64,000 bases of DNA, taken from NCBI GenBank assembly GCA_003602415.1, contig QQSK01000013.1, positions 10,152-74,151 on the forward strand, written 5' to 3'. The translations under genes were made by a program, and so were the position numbers. The stretch is from Candidatus Poseidoniales archaeon. Its GTDB lineage: Archaea; Thermoplasmatota; Poseidoniia; Poseidoniales; Poseidoniaceae. The notes under the pieces are model-generated. The model was not told the origin of the DNA and did no database searches. It was given only the letters and a program-made list of their open reading frames with translations. Each line of letters starts with the position of its first letter. Within the stretch, counting starts at the first letter, position 1. This document shows, one piece after another, positions 9,727 through 20,531 of the stretch.

Positions 9727-10980
9727 TCAATATCCTCTCACCTGTAGCAGGGCCTGTGATAGGTCCATGTCTGGCATCCAATCGATGACTTGACTTCCAA
9801 ATCCTGCTAGGGATGTCAGTCTGTTTTGTCTTTCAAGTTTCAAAACCTCGTAAGACATTCTTGGGATTCTACTGACCAGTCTCTCGAAGTCAATAGATGA
9901 TGGAGACAGTACAGTAACTTCGTGACCTCTTCCAACTAAATCCCTAATCGCTGAAGGAACAGTTCCATCTCCTTCACACGATGAGATGACGAATACAGGG
10001 CTTCCACGACTGAACCTTGCGGCTAAACTGTTGGTTACAGCTTGTAAAGGCATAGTTCCTCTTGGAGCAACCCCTGCAAGAGAAGATAAGATCTTGAAAT
10101 ACTGCTTATCTCCAGTATCAGGCGGTAAGAATGACAATTTTTCATCATAAATTGTTAGAGAGACCGAATCACGCCGCTTGATGAAGAAAGACGCGAGACT
10201 CGCTGCAGCCACAGTACCCATCTCTAACGGGTTCTTGAGAACTGTACCAATTCTTGCAATATCTCGACTATCTAGAATGATGTACAAATCAGTTACAGCA
10301 TCTCTACACTTCTCGTTAATCATCAAGTCCCCAGTTCTAGCAAATGCCTTCCAATTGATGTTCTTGAACGGGTCTCCTGGCACATATTCTCTTAGCGAAT
10401 AGAATTCTGTTCCAGGTCCAGGTGTTCTCAATGTGGTCGCACCAGTGTACATCTTAGCAGTTCTAGAACGGATGAACGCTTCTTCAACGTCACGAATCTG
10501 CGGGAAAATGATGATGTCGGAATGATGGTCAACATACATTTCATCAACAGAGAGATTGAATGTATTCCTATACCTAAGAGAAACAGGCCCTATCGAGTAA
10601 TGACCTCTTAGAGGACAGCGTAAGACATAGCGGATTCTAGCACTTTCTCCTGGCTTGAGATTGAGCCTCATTTGGTTGAGACCACTCCTCAACTTCATTT
10701 CGTGAGGAACGTTGTCATAAACTTCCAATTGCTGAGTTTTCCTTCTACTTCTATTGGTAACTAACAATTCAACGTAGAGGTCATCTCCCTTGTACAGGTT
10801 ATCTGCAGATAGAGTCCTCTGTACTTCGACATCACCATGCCCACTGACCCATGAGTTTACTACAATGAATGCGATAAATGCCAGACCTAGAATCATCATC
10901 TGATGGTTTGAAATCATCATACCTATGAGGATTAGAGCAATTCCTCCAGTGAATGTAAATGCTGCTTTACGTGTCCACAT
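9727..10980 (-). CDS. DUF58 domain protein (MoxR-associated, vWA-like)
   Basis: GTEFYSLREYVPGDPFKNINWKAFARTG is the DUF58 signature; two N-terminal TMs. Confidence 0.9.
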   Translation of the reverse strand: MWTRKAAFTFTGGIALILIGMMISNHQMMILGLAFIAFIVVNSWVSGHGDVEVQRTLSADNLYKGDDLYVELLVTNRSRRKTQQLEVYDNVPHEMKLRSGLNQMRLNLKPGESARIRYVLRCPLRGHYSIGPVSLRYRNTFNLSVDEMYVDHHSDIIIFPQIRDVEEAFIRSRTAKMYTGATTLRTPGPGTEFYSLREYVPGDPFKNINWKAFARTGDLMINEKCRDAVTDLYIILDSRDIARIGTVLKNPLEMGTVAAASLASFFIKRRDSVSLTIYDEKLSFLPPDTGDKQYFKILSSLAGVAPRGTMPLQAVTNSLAARFSRGSPVFVISSCEGDGTVPSAIRDLVGRGHEVTVLSPSSIDFERLVSRIPRMSYEVLKLERQNRLTSLAGFGSQVIDWMPDMDLSQALLQVRGY

Positions 10981-10990
10981 CTAATTCACC

Positions 10991-12637
10991 TCATGTACGT
11001 CCCCAGACTTTTATTCGTTTCACGATAGCTACAGTCTGTTCTAAAGAATAATTCTTATTTTCAAATACGAACTTGACTAGTACTGGGTCATTGATCATGC
11101 CTTGCAATTCTCTAGCCGGTAAAGAGTCAAACTCTTCTCTAGTCAATCCATTTTGGTTTCTAACCTTAGAGAGGAAAACCTGTTTGATCTTGTTTGATTT
11201 TGCATAATACGTGTATCTATTAGCATCTCCAAATCCATAGTAAATGATACTGAAAACGTGCCTCCATGGCTCAGGGTCTTTCTTCTTGAGTAATACACCT
11301 TCAAATGCGATGAACAGAATCAGGAATAATAGTAGCATTGCCAATCCTTCACCAGTGAAGTAAACCAACAGGAAGTAAACGGTATTGTAGGATTCTGAAG
11401 CGATGCTAGGTTGGATATGGCGACTTTCATCAAAGATAACCATTGCATTAGGTGCAACACCGGGAACATCAACAGATTCACCATTTGCTTCAGGATTCAC
11501 CAAGGAATCAGCAATGTAGTCCATGGCCCATTTCCTGTTGTCGTTTCTAGGAATTGGCTTGTCTGCTTTGCCATATTTGCCATCGTTGTATGCTTCATAG
11601 TCATAGAGGGCATTGGTTAATGCAGAACCATCTGCGATGAAGGTAATCCTTCCACCATTGACGAAGTTACAATCTTGGGTGATACATACCTCGATTGAAA
11701 GGTTGAATTGACCCCAAAGGTCTGGAGTTTCGGAATTTTGTTCTGAACCAACCCATATTTCCCCATCACCGTTTACGTCAATCGTTGCTTCTGCTGAAGT
11801 AACGGCTCGAATCTGAGTTGCACCCATTCCAGTTTTTGCATTTTGAATGACATCAATTCCAGTAATGTTGTTCAGAAGAACTTGGTATGAAGCGTTATAC
11901 TGGATCTCTCCATCTTTCCAATGTTGTTCACATACACCTGAATTGGATTTTGAGACAGTTCTTCCATCATACAATTTGCAAATGTGAGCGCCATTGTCTT
12001 GTATATCCCAGCGACTATGGGTTTCAACTGTGCTTGTATCAATGCTTGTGCCATCCATGCCACAAGGAGATTCTTGAACACACATCCACACGAAATTGTA
12101 ATCCAATTCAGTTACGTAAACAGTATCAAACAATTGAACTCCTTTGAATCGAACTCCAAAAGCCTCAGCGATTGAAGACGAATATCCAAAGTCGTCCATG
12201 ACCAAAACGTCCCCTCCAGCAAATACGAATTCTTTGATGGCCTCGACTTCAGCAGGAGAATAACCATCTTCAGAAGCAAATGTTAGGAAACCATCGGATG
12301 AGAATTGAGGAATAGAAATGGTATCTCTTTCCACACCTGCAATGATGAATGTAGTATTCGCAGGGTCCTCGATATCAGCTAGTAGTAGTGGCGAAGAAAC
12401 CAGTGATTTAGTTTCAATTCCCATGTCGTTGATATCTTCACGGAAAGCAGACATATCATCCCAATCGCTCCCATAAGCCGATTGTCCGTCCTTGTTTCCA
12501 ATATTGATGACCTGTGATACCACTGTAGAAAGTAGCATCAAAAGAACAAACCAAAACGCAATTTGAAGACCTAGTCTTCGTTTGTTAAAGCGCGGTTTGT
12601 CGTCCAATTGAACACCCCTAGTACAAGATACAGACAA
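10991..12637 (-). CDS. DUF4350-like membrane-anchored protein
   Basis: N-terminal TM, SAYGSDWDDMSAF, YSPAEVEAIKEFVFAGGDVLVMDDFG, GRITFIADGSALTN, VIFDESRH and a C-terminal TM. Exact start uncertain. Confidence 0.7.
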   Translation of the reverse strand: MSVSCTRGVQLDDKPRFNKRRLGLQIAFWFVLLMLLSTVVSQVINIGNKDGQSAYGSDWDDMSAFREDINDMGIETKSLVSSPLLLADIEDPANTTFIIAGVERDTISIPQFSSDGFLTFASEDGYSPAEVEAIKEFVFAGGDVLVMDDFGYSSSIAEAFGVRFKGVQLFDTVYVTELDYNFVWMCVQESPCGMDGTSIDTSTVETHSRWDIQDNGAHICKLYDGRTVSKSNSGVCEQHWKDGEIQYNASYQVLLNNITGIDVIQNAKTGMGATQIRAVTSAEATIDVNGDGEIWVGSEQNSETPDLWGQFNLSIEVCITQDCNFVNGGRITFIADGSALTNALYDYEAYNDGKYGKADKPIPRNDNRKWAMDYIADSLVNPEANGESVDVPGVAPNAMVIFDESRHIQPSIASESYNTVYFLLVYFTGEGLAMLLLFLILFIAFEGVLLKKKDPEPWRHVFSIIYYGFGDANRYTYYAKSNKIKQVFLSKVRNQNGLTREEFDSLPARELQGMINDPVLVKFVFENKNYSLEQTVAIVKRIKVWGRT

Positions 12638-12689
12638 CCCACGTTATCAATTGGGTTTAGAAGGTTGTGGGCATATGATAAGAAATTGC

Positions 12690-12929
12690 TCAACGCCTTA
12701 ACACTATTTTCGAGCCAATTTTTGAAATTTCTTGGGCTGGGACATGACAAAAACCGTCCTCAGTGGGCCATGGAAGTTTGCTGATGTCGATCTCGGATAC
12801 AACATCAACCAAGATTTCAGTAATTTCACCACTTCTTGTGTCAATGACTATGTCCATCAGATGACCGAATAATTCGCCATTGTTGTCAACAACATCACGC
12901 TTGAGGAACTCACCGCTGAAACTCGACAT
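12690..12929 (-). CDS. Stand-alone PRC-barrel domain protein
   Basis: RDVVDNNGELFGHLMDIVIDTRSGEI...VPAQEISKIGSKIVL is a typical PRC barrel. AGGAGG RBS. Confidence 0.85.
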   Translation of the reverse strand: MSSFSGEFLKRDVVDNNGELFGHLMDIVIDTRSGEITEILVDVVSEIDISKLPWPTEDGFCHVPAQEISKIGSKIVLRR

Positions 12930-12994
12930 GTTTGGCTCCTCCTGTCATTTAATGCAACTTCTTGTTTCACTTCAATTAACCGGCTACTGTCAGA

Positions 12995-15226
12995 TCACAT
13001 CGATTCCATTCCGTAACCAGTATCTCTGGTCCGTTTGATATTTGATAGACCAGAAGTTAGTCTCTCTTCCATCTTTGAGTAATACTCCAACATATCAGGA
13101 GTTACAGTTGGGCGAACTCTGGTAATCGCATCTTCAAAGTGTCCTTTTGTGACCTTCTTCTTTCCGGCTCTCATTGCAATCAGTGCGGCTTCTCTGCACA
13201 CCGCTTCAATATCTGCGCCAGTGAAACCTTCCATGCCTGTGAGGATATCTTTCATTGAGAAAGTGGATAATGGCATGCCAGCCGAATGGATTTCCATAAT
13301 CGCTTCTCTTGCTGGACGGTCTGGAGGCGGAACGTGTAGAACCCTTTCGAATCTACCACTTCTCAATAGAGCAGGGTCAATCATTTCTGGGCGATTTGTG
13401 GCTGCCACAATAATTACTCCGTCCAAGCTTTCCACACCATCCATACTTGCTAATAATTGATTGACAACTCTGTTAGCAACATCCGAACCTCCGCTTTGAG
13501 AGTTAGATGAACGCATTCCTGCGATAGATTCGAATTCATCAAGGAAGATGATTGAAGGTGAAGATTGCTTGGCCTTCTTGAAAATCTCCCTAATCGCTTT
13601 TTCAGATTCTCCAACCCATTTCGAGATTAACTCCGGTCCCTTGATTGAGATGAAATTGGCCTTTGCTTCATTGGCAATTGCTTTTGCAAGCAGAGTTTTT
13701 CCAGTACCAGGTGCTCCGAATAGAACAATTCCTCGTGGTGGTTTAATTCCAAAGTGGTCAAACAATTCTGGTTTGGTTAACGGCCATTCAACACTTTCCT
13801 TCAGCCTGTCCTTTATCTCGCTTAATCCACCAACACTTTCCCATGAAACATCGGGGATTTCGACGTAAATCTCTCTAAGGGCACTAGGTTCTATTTCTCT
13901 AATTGCAAGACGGAAGTCTTCCATACGGACTTCCATCTTTTCTAGAACTTCAGGAGGAATTGTATCTTCTTCCAAGTCAATTTCAGGCAGGTATCTGCGT
14001 AGAGCCTTCATTGCAGACTCTCTAACCAATGCAGCAAGATCAGCACCTACGAATCCGTATGAATTCTCCAGCACCCAATCTACATCGAAATCATCAGCAA
14101 TAGGCATCTGCCTAGTATGAACATCTAAGATTTCTTTGCGCCCTTCTCTGTCAGGAACTCCGATTTCGATTTCTCTATCGAATCTACCCGGTCTTCTCAA
14201 AGCAGGGTCCATGGCATCCCTTCTGTTAGTGGCTCCAATGACAATGACGTTGTCTCTGCCTTGCATTCCATCCATTAGTGTAAGCATCTGTGCTACGACT
14301 CTTCTTTCAACTTCGCCACTTACATCCTCTCTCTTTGGACAGATAGAGTCAATCTCGTCTACGAAGACGATTGCAGGAGCATTATTTGCGGCTTCATCGA
14401 AGATTTCTCTTAGCTGCTTCTCAGATTCTCCATAATATTTGGAAATGATTTCAGGACCGTTAATTGAGGTAAAATGTGCGTTGGTTTCAGTTGCCACCGC
14501 TTTAGCAATCATCGTTTTACCAGTACCAGGGGGTCCGTGAAGTAAAACTCCCTTTGGCGGGTCAATTCCTAGTCGCCTGAATAACTCAGGATGCTTCAAT
14601 GGTAACTCAATCATCTCTCGAACCTTCAATAATTGACTACCGATTCCTCCGATATCTTCGTAGGTTATGCCTTGAGATTGGCCCACATCATCATCATCGA
14701 TCGCTTCATCTTTGATCACAATGTCTGTGTCTGAATTAACTTGAACGATTCCTTTTGGAGTTGTTTGTAAAACAGCGAACGGCAATGCTTCAGCGAACAA
14801 GGTCATTCCTGGAATGAAAATTCTGTCTCCGGCTACTACCGGCCTTTTGTTTAATCCACGTCGAGCAAATCCTTCGATTCCTGGCCCGAATTTTACTTTC
14901 TGCTTGTTTGCCATTACGGGTGAAAGCACCAATTTTGTACAAATTTTCGCATCAACTTTGGAGACAGTAACTTTGTCACCTAGGCTCACACCAGCATTCT
15001 TTCTAATGATACCATCAACACGAATGATGTCCATCTTTGCATCTTCTGGGCGACTTCTCCAATAGATGGCGGCTGTTGAGCGCTTGTCGCCTTTGATTTC
15101 GATAATGTCGCCTGGCTTTAGCTCCAATCCATTTTCTCCACTAATGCGAGCTCTGCCGTGACCTACGTCACTTGGTATAGCCTTTGAGACTTTCAAAGAG
15201 ATTGATTCAGTATCATCATCAGACAT
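12995..15226 (-). CDS. cdc48: CDC48/VCP (VAT) family AAA+ ATPase
   Basis: N-domain plus two AAA modules ([16 protein letters not shown]; Walker [27 protein letters not shown]). Confidence 0.97.
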   Translation of the reverse strand: MSDDDTESISLKVSKAIPSDVGHGRARISGENGLELKPGDIIEIKGDKRSTAAIYWRSRPEDAKMDIIRVDGIIRKNAGVSLGDKVTVSKVDAKICTKLVLSPVMANKQKVKFGPGIEGFARRGLNKRPVVAGDRIFIPGMTLFAEALPFAVLQTTPKGIVQVNSDTDIVIKDEAIDDDDVGQSQGITYEDIGGIGSQLLKVREMIELPLKHPELFRRLGIDPPKGVLLHGPPGTGKTMIAKAVATETNAHFTSINGPEIISKYYGESEKQLREIFDEAANNAPAIVFVDEIDSICPKREDVSGEVERRVVAQMLTLMDGMQGRDNVIVIGATNRRDAMDPALRRPGRFDREIEIGVPDREGRKEILDVHTRQMPIADDFDVDWVLENSYGFVGADLAALVRESAMKALRRYLPEIDLEEDTIPPEVLEKMEVRMEDFRLAIREIEPSALREIYVEIPDVSWESVGGLSEIKDRLKESVEWPLTKPELFDHFGIKPPRGIVLFGAPGTGKTLLAKAIANEAKANFISIKGPELISKWVGESEKAIREIFKKAKQSSPSIIFLDEFESIAGMRSSNSQSGGSDVANRVVNQLLASMDGVESLDGVIIVAATNRPEMIDPALLRSGRFERVLHVPPPDRPAREAIMEIHSAGMPLSTFSMKDILTGMEGFTGADIEAVCREAALIAMRAGKKKVTKGHFEDAITRVRPTVTPDMLEYYSKMEERLTSGLSNIKRTRDTGYGMESM

Positions 15227-15363
15227 GGGTTGCCCCCTCCGGTAATTTTACTTGACAGCAGCCATTCTTTAATCCATGGTATTTTTGCAAGTACAGAACT
15301 CAGATTAACAGAGAGTTACTATTCAAGGAAAGCATTCATGTTCTTTATCCTAGACGGAAGGTC

Positions 15364-16992
15364 ATGACGCACGTTTTAGAGGTCGGCCTAGAGTTTATGG
15401 AAAGCAATAATCCCCATTCCCTTCCTAAGGTAAAGGGTTACAATATCATCAATGGACAACTCAAGTCCTCATCGGATGGTTCTACACTGGTTAGTATCAA
15501 CCCAGCAATTCTTTCAGATGAAATCGGTGAATTCCCTATGTCAACCAGGGAAGATGTTCACGAAGCAATCGCTGCAGCAAGAATGGCTTTGTCTGGGTGG
15601 GCTTCTACTCCTGCTCCTACTCGCGGTCAGATAATTGGGAACATGGGAAGACTGCTGATGGAGCACAAGGATGAACTTGTGCGCCTACAGGCCCGTGAGA
15701 TTGGTAAGACTGTGAAAGAATGTGGAGGAGAAATCCAAGAAGCGATCGACACATGTCTCTTTTTCCAATCAGAAGGTCGCAGATTGTACGGCCAGACCGT
15801 TAATTCAGAATTACCGGACAAGGAATTGTTCACTTACCGTAGACCTCTTGGTGTGTGTGGAATTATCAACGCCTGTAATTTCCCATCAGCTGTTCCTTTC
15901 TGGAAAATGATCCCTGCAATTATTTGTGGTAATACCTGTGTCTGGAAATCACCTCAAGATTCTCCCCTTCTATCATTTGCTTTGGCTAGAATTATGCATC
16001 AAGCAGGATTGCCTAATGGTGTTATCAATTTAGTTCACGGTAAAGGAAGCGGAGCGGGACAATATATTGTAGATGCTGTCGATGAAGGTTTGATCAACAA
16101 AATTTCATTCACAGGCAGTACAGAAGTCGGCAAAGCAATTGGAGAAGTCTGTGGAAGAAACTTGGTTTCATGCAGTTTGGAACTAGGCGGAAAGAATCCA
16201 CTTGTAGTAATGCCATCCGCAAACATCGATAACGCGGTTGAAGGTGCATATTGGGGTGGCTTTGGAACAGCAGGTCAACGCTGTACCAGCTTGGGTAATT
16301 TGATTCTTCACGAGGAGATCTATGATGAATTCATGGAGAAGTTCATGATTAGAGTCAAGTCTACCAGAATCGGCGACTCTCTACACAACGAGAATGTCCT
16401 GTATGGCTCTATGCTTTCTGAAAAGTATGCAAAAGATTTCCTGAAGGGTATTGAAATGATTGAGGCGGATGGTGCAACCAAGGAATGGGGTAATGGCCGA
16501 ATCACTTCAGGAAATACTCCTGAGAATTTCATGGGAACTCCAGAAGAAGGAGTATTCATGTGGCCACACGTTTATTCTGGAGTAACTGAAGACATGAATT
16601 GCTTCCATGAGGAAGTATTTGGTCCTGCAATTACCATTGTTAAGGCAAAGGATTTCGATCACGCACTTCATCTAGCCAATGCATCTCCTTACGGTCTATC
16701 CAGTGCAATTTACACAAATGACCGCCTTGAAGCATACCGCTTCAAGACAGGAATTAAAGCGGGAATGACCGGCATTAACAACTCTACAACTGGAGCGGAA
16801 GCACACCTTCCATTTGGTGGTGTCAAGGGTAGCGGAAATGGAACCCGCGAATCTGGAATTTGGGTTATTGAAGCATACTCCTATTGGCATGCTGTAAACG
16901 ATGAATTATCTGGCAAATTACAACTCGCTCAGATGGATGTCGATGAAATTGAGATGGTTGAAGCAGAAGTAGACTACTCCTCATTGGCCTGA
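15364..16992 (+). CDS. NAD(P)-dependent aldehyde dehydrogenase
   Basis: FTGSTEVG, LELGGKNP, catalytic GQRCTS, EEVFGP, PFGGVKGSG. Confidence 0.95.
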   Translation: MTHVLEVGLEFMESNNPHSLPKVKGYNIINGQLKSSSDGSTLVSINPAILSDEIGEFPMSTREDVHEAIAAARMALSGWASTPAPTRGQIIGNMGRLLMEHKDELVRLQAREIGKTVKECGGEIQEAIDTCLFFQSEGRRLYGQTVNSELPDKELFTYRRPLGVCGIINACNFPSAVPFWKMIPAIICGNTCVWKSPQDSPLLSFALARIMHQAGLPNGVINLVHGKGSGAGQYIVDAVDEGLINKISFTGSTEVGKAIGEVCGRNLVSCSLELGGKNPLVVMPSANIDNAVEGAYWGGFGTAGQRCTSLGNLILHEEIYDEFMEKFMIRVKSTRIGDSLHNENVLYGSMLSEKYAKDFLKGIEMIEADGATKEWGNGRITSGNTPENFMGTPEEGVFMWPHVYSGVTEDMNCFHEEVFGPAITIVKAKDFDHALHLANASPYGLSSAIYTNDRLEAYRFKTGIKAGMTGINNSTTGAEAHLPFGGVKGSGNGTRESGIWVIEAYSYWHAVNDELSGKLQLAQMDVDEIEMVEAEVDYSSLA

Positions 16993-17041
16993 ACAAGAGC
17001 CGAACAGGTCAAAGACCCCTTGGTCACTGGGCCAGTTTATC

Positions 17042-17058
17042 CGCCCCCATAGGGGGCG
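17042..17058. repeat. GC-rich triloop palindrome (copy 2)
   Basis: CGCCCCC-ATA-GGGGGCG, immediately upstream of the sdh operon. Confidence 0.65.
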
Positions 17059-17073
17059 CGGTTGGTGTACTTA

Positions 17074-17886
17074 ATGGGCCAAGGACTCAAACTTCCAATG
17101 CTTAACGGAATGGGCCGTACTGATAGAATAGACAAGTGGTGGGCTCAACCAGCAGTAATGGCTCTTGGATTATTTTTAGCCATCCTGTGGACCGTTTGGA
17201 GAGTTGTATTCTTCTCTGACCATATCGATTACAATGTCAATGGAGCACATGTGATATCTCCTATGTTTTCTCCAAACGTGTTGGAGTGGGATATGTTCTC
17301 TGGATGGGATCATCCATCCTGGGTTAATGCGGCAGTTCTGATACTGTGGATTCCATTTTCGTTCAGGGGTACATGCTATTACATGCGCCGAGTCTACTAT
17401 CGAACTTTCTTCGCTAGCCCGGTGGCTTGTTGGGTCGATGAGCCAGAGATTAACAAGAAGATTGGATACAAAGGCGAAAAGCGATTATTCATCGTTAACA
17501 ATCTTCACCGATACTTCCTGTACATGGTGATTCCAATTCTACTCATCAAATGGTGGGATATCACTCACACAATGTCATTCTCCAACGACGGATATGGCAT
17601 ATCTGGAGGAACAATCATCTTGACACTAGAAGCGGTTTGTCTAACATTCTATGTGACTTCGTGTCACGCTTTGAGACATTTAGCTGGCGGTATGTTGGAT
17701 AGATGGGCAAGCGGGATTTCAAAGGTTAGAGGGGCATTATTCTCTAAGATTAGTATCATCAACAAAGACCATGGTTTTTGGTTCTGGATTTCACTTACGC
17801 TTGTTTTCGTAGGAGATGCTTGGACCATCGCATGTTCTAAAGGAATAATCAATGACTTCAGCTTAGTCTTAATCGGAGGTGTCTGA
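17074..17886 (+). CDS. sdhC: Succinate dehydrogenase membrane anchor, mycobacterial Sdh1 (Rv0249c-like) type
   Basis: Motifs SPMFSP, FRGTCYYMRRVYYR, NLHRYF, SCHALRH; first gene of the sdhCAB operon. Start is ATG 17074 or TTG 17062. Confidence 0.85.
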   Translation: MGQGLKLPMLNGMGRTDRIDKWWAQPAVMALGLFLAILWTVWRVVFFSDHIDYNVNGAHVISPMFSPNVLEWDMFSGWDHPSWVNAAVLILWIPFSFRGTCYYMRRVYYRTFFASPVACWVDEPEINKKIGYKGEKRLFIVNNLHRYFLYMVIPILLIKWWDITHTMSFSNDGYGISGGTIILTLEAVCLTFYVTSCHALRHLAGGMLDRWASGISKVRGALFSKISIINKDHGFWFWISLTLVFVGDAWTIACSKGIINDFSLVLIGGV

Positions 17887-17887
17887 A

Positions 17888-19741
17888 ATGTCTGAGAATT
17901 ATACTTCTTACGAATACGATGTTGTGGTTATCGGTGCTGGAGGCGCTGGACTTAGGGCTGCTATCGAGGCTGCTCGTAGTGGTGCAAAAACTGCAATCAT
18001 CACCAAGTCTCTACTTGGTAAAGCACATACTGTAATGGCAGAAGGTGGTTGTGCAGCAGCACTCCAAAACGCAGACCCTCGTGATGGTTGGAAAGTTCAT
18101 TTCCATGACACAATGAAAGGAAGCAAATGGCTTGCTAACTGGAGAATGGCAGAATTCCATGCAAAGGAAGCACCAGACCGTGTCCGTGAATTAGAACAAT
18201 GGGGTGCTGTATTCGATAGAACTCCTAAGAATGTAATCAATCAAAGAAATTTTGGAGGTCACACATTCCCTAGACTTGCTCACGTTGGAGACGCTACAGG
18301 TCTAGAAATTATCAGAACACTTCAGGAAAGAGGAATCCATGAAGGAATAGATATGTTCACAGAATACACAGTTCGCAGTTTGTTAAAGGAAGGCGACCGT
18401 GTAACCGGATGTGTAGCATATACTAGAGTGGACGGAGATTTCCATGCATTCTCAGCAAAATCCGTAGTTCTAGCAACCGGCGGAATTACTCGATGTTGGT
18501 CTGTTTGTTCAGGTTCTTGGGAATATACCGGCGACGGCCATGCTCTAGCACTTTGGGCAGGAGCTGAACTCAGAGATATGGAATTCGTGCAATTCCATCC
18601 TACTGGGATGGTTTGGCCACCTTCTGTAAGAGGAATTCTGGTTACTGAAGGTGTACGTGGTGAAGGAGGACGATTGACTAATTCTGAAGGTAACAGATTC
18701 ATGTTTGATTATGTTCCTGAAATGTTCCAAGGCGACCATGCCGAGACAGAAGAGGAATCGGATCAATGGGTCGAAGAAGTAGTCTCTGGCAAATTAGCCA
18801 CAGTTCGCAGACCTCCCGAATTGCTTACTCGTGACGTTGTTGCCAAGGCAATCAACAGTGAAGTCAAAGCTGGTAGAGGTAGCCCTCATGGTGGCGCATT
18901 CCTAGATATATCTCACAGAGGAGAAGCCGCAATTTTGGCTAAATTACCTTCAATGCATCACCAATTCAAGGAATTAGCGGGCGTTGATATCGCCAAGGAG
19001 CCAATGGAAGTTGGCCCTACTGCTCACTATGTGATGGGCGGGGTTAGAGTAGATGCTGAAACCCAAGAAACTACCGTGCCAGGCTTGTATGCTTGCGGTG
19101 AAGTCGCAAGTGGTTTGCACGGTGCAAACAGACTTGGTGGTAACTCACTTTCAGACCTAATTGTATTCGGAAAGAGAGCCGGAGAGCACGCATCTAAGCG
19201 CGCTACAGACCTTGCTCAACCTAGTATTGACGATGGTCAAGTTCAGGCAGCAATCAAGGAAATGCTTGCTCCTCTAGAGAGAGGAGATGGAGAGAATCCA
19301 GGATTAATCTATGATGAAATGCGAGATATGATGCAAGAAAAGGTAGGCATCATTCGTGTCAAAGGAGAACTTGAATCAGCACTTGAGGATTTGAACGACT
19401 TTTCAAACAGAGAACAGAACTGTTTCCCTGGTACAAGCCGAAAATACAACTCAGGATGGCACCAAGCTCTTGATTTGAAGAACATGGTCGACATTTCCAG
19501 AGTTGCCACAATGGCGGCTCTAGCTCGAGAAGAGAGTCGTGGAGGGCACACTCGTGATGATTTCCCTGGCCACGAAGAAGAATTCTGGGGTAAGAATCTC
19601 AACATTTGTTGGATGGAAGATGGAGAGATAAAAATCCGTCAAGAAGAAATCGAAGAGATGCGAGACGACCTACAAGATGCGATCAAAGAAGTAAAGACAA
19701 TGATTGCTGAAAGGGCTGCACAACAAGGAGGTGGCAACTGA
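17888..19741 (+). CDS. sdhA: Succinate dehydrogenase/fumarate reductase flavoprotein
   Basis: GAGGAG, covalent-FAD motif AHTVMAEGG, QFHPT, TEGVRGEGG, HGANRLGGNSL, ESRGGH. GGAGGT RBS favours the ATG at 17888. Confidence 0.95.
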   Translation: MSENYTSYEYDVVVIGAGGAGLRAAIEAARSGAKTAIITKSLLGKAHTVMAEGGCAAALQNADPRDGWKVHFHDTMKGSKWLANWRMAEFHAKEAPDRVRELEQWGAVFDRTPKNVINQRNFGGHTFPRLAHVGDATGLEIIRTLQERGIHEGIDMFTEYTVRSLLKEGDRVTGCVAYTRVDGDFHAFSAKSVVLATGGITRCWSVCSGSWEYTGDGHALALWAGAELRDMEFVQFHPTGMVWPPSVRGILVTEGVRGEGGRLTNSEGNRFMFDYVPEMFQGDHAETEEESDQWVEEVVSGKLATVRRPPELLTRDVVAKAINSEVKAGRGSPHGGAFLDISHRGEAAILAKLPSMHHQFKELAGVDIAKEPMEVGPTAHYVMGGVRVDAETQETTVPGLYACGEVASGLHGANRLGGNSLSDLIVFGKRAGEHASKRATDLAQPSIDDGQVQAAIKEMLAPLERGDGENPGLIYDEMRDMMQEKVGIIRVKGELESALEDLNDFSNREQNCFPGTSRKYNSGWHQALDLKNMVDISRVATMAALAREESRGGHTRDDFPGHEEEFWGKNLNICWMEDGEIKIRQEEIEEMRDDLQDAIKEVKTMIAERAAQQGGGN

Positions 19742-20508
19742 TGTCACTCAAAGGTAAGAATCAGAAGTTCAAGGTCCTTCGTGGCGAAGGGGAAGATGCT
19801 AAACTCGAAGAGTACGATCTAGAATTGGACGAAGGAATGGTCGTTCTAGATTGCATGCATAGGATTCAGTACGAACAAGAGCCTGATTTGGCGGTTCGTT
19901 GGAATTGTAAAGCAGGTAAGTGCGGTTCGTGTAGCGCAGAAATTAACGGAAGACCTCGTTTGATGTGTATGACTAGAATGTCAGATGTTGTTGCTGAAAC
20001 ACCAGAAGGCCAACCTATTGAAGTTAGACCGATGAAAACCTTCCCTCACATCAAAGACTTGGTTACTGACGTATCATGGAACTATGATGTCGCTCAGAAG
20101 ATTAAGCCTATCAAGGGGCCTGACGAACCAAACTGGGAATTCAATCAGCACGAAGCACATCGTGTTCAACAATTCAGAGAATGTATCGAATGTTTCCTTT
20201 GCGTAAATACATGTCACGTATTGAGAGACCACCAATTATTCGACGATTTCGCAGGACCACGTAACTTGGTTAGACTTGCACAATACGAAATGCACCCTCT
20301 TGATGAGGAAGACAGACTTCCAGAAATTAAGAAGGAGTTCGGAGTTGAATACTGTAACATCACTCGCTGCTGTACCGAAGTATGTCCTGCGGGAATTCAA
20401 ATTACTGACGATGCGATTATTCAATTGAAAGAAAGAGTAGTAGACAGATACTACGACCCACTTCAGAGAATCTGGAGAGCAATAACTGGAAAGAAGCCAA
20501 GAATGTGA
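19741..20508 (+). CDS. sdhB: Succinate dehydrogenase/fumarate reductase iron-sulfur subunit
   Basis: CKAGKCGSC..C, CIECFLCVNTC, CNITRCCTEVCP. Confidence 0.95.
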   Translation: MSLKGKNQKFKVLRGEGEDAKLEEYDLELDEGMVVLDCMHRIQYEQEPDLAVRWNCKAGKCGSCSAEINGRPRLMCMTRMSDVVAETPEGQPIEVRPMKTFPHIKDLVTDVSWNYDVAQKIKPIKGPDEPNWEFNQHEAHRVQQFRECIECFLCVNTCHVLRDHQLFDDFAGPRNLVRLAQYEMHPLDEEDRLPEIKKEFGVEYCNITRCCTEVCPAGIQITDDAIIQLKERVVDRYYDPLQRIWRAITGKKPRM

Positions 20509-20531
20509 ATCAACCACTATTGGTGATTTTA

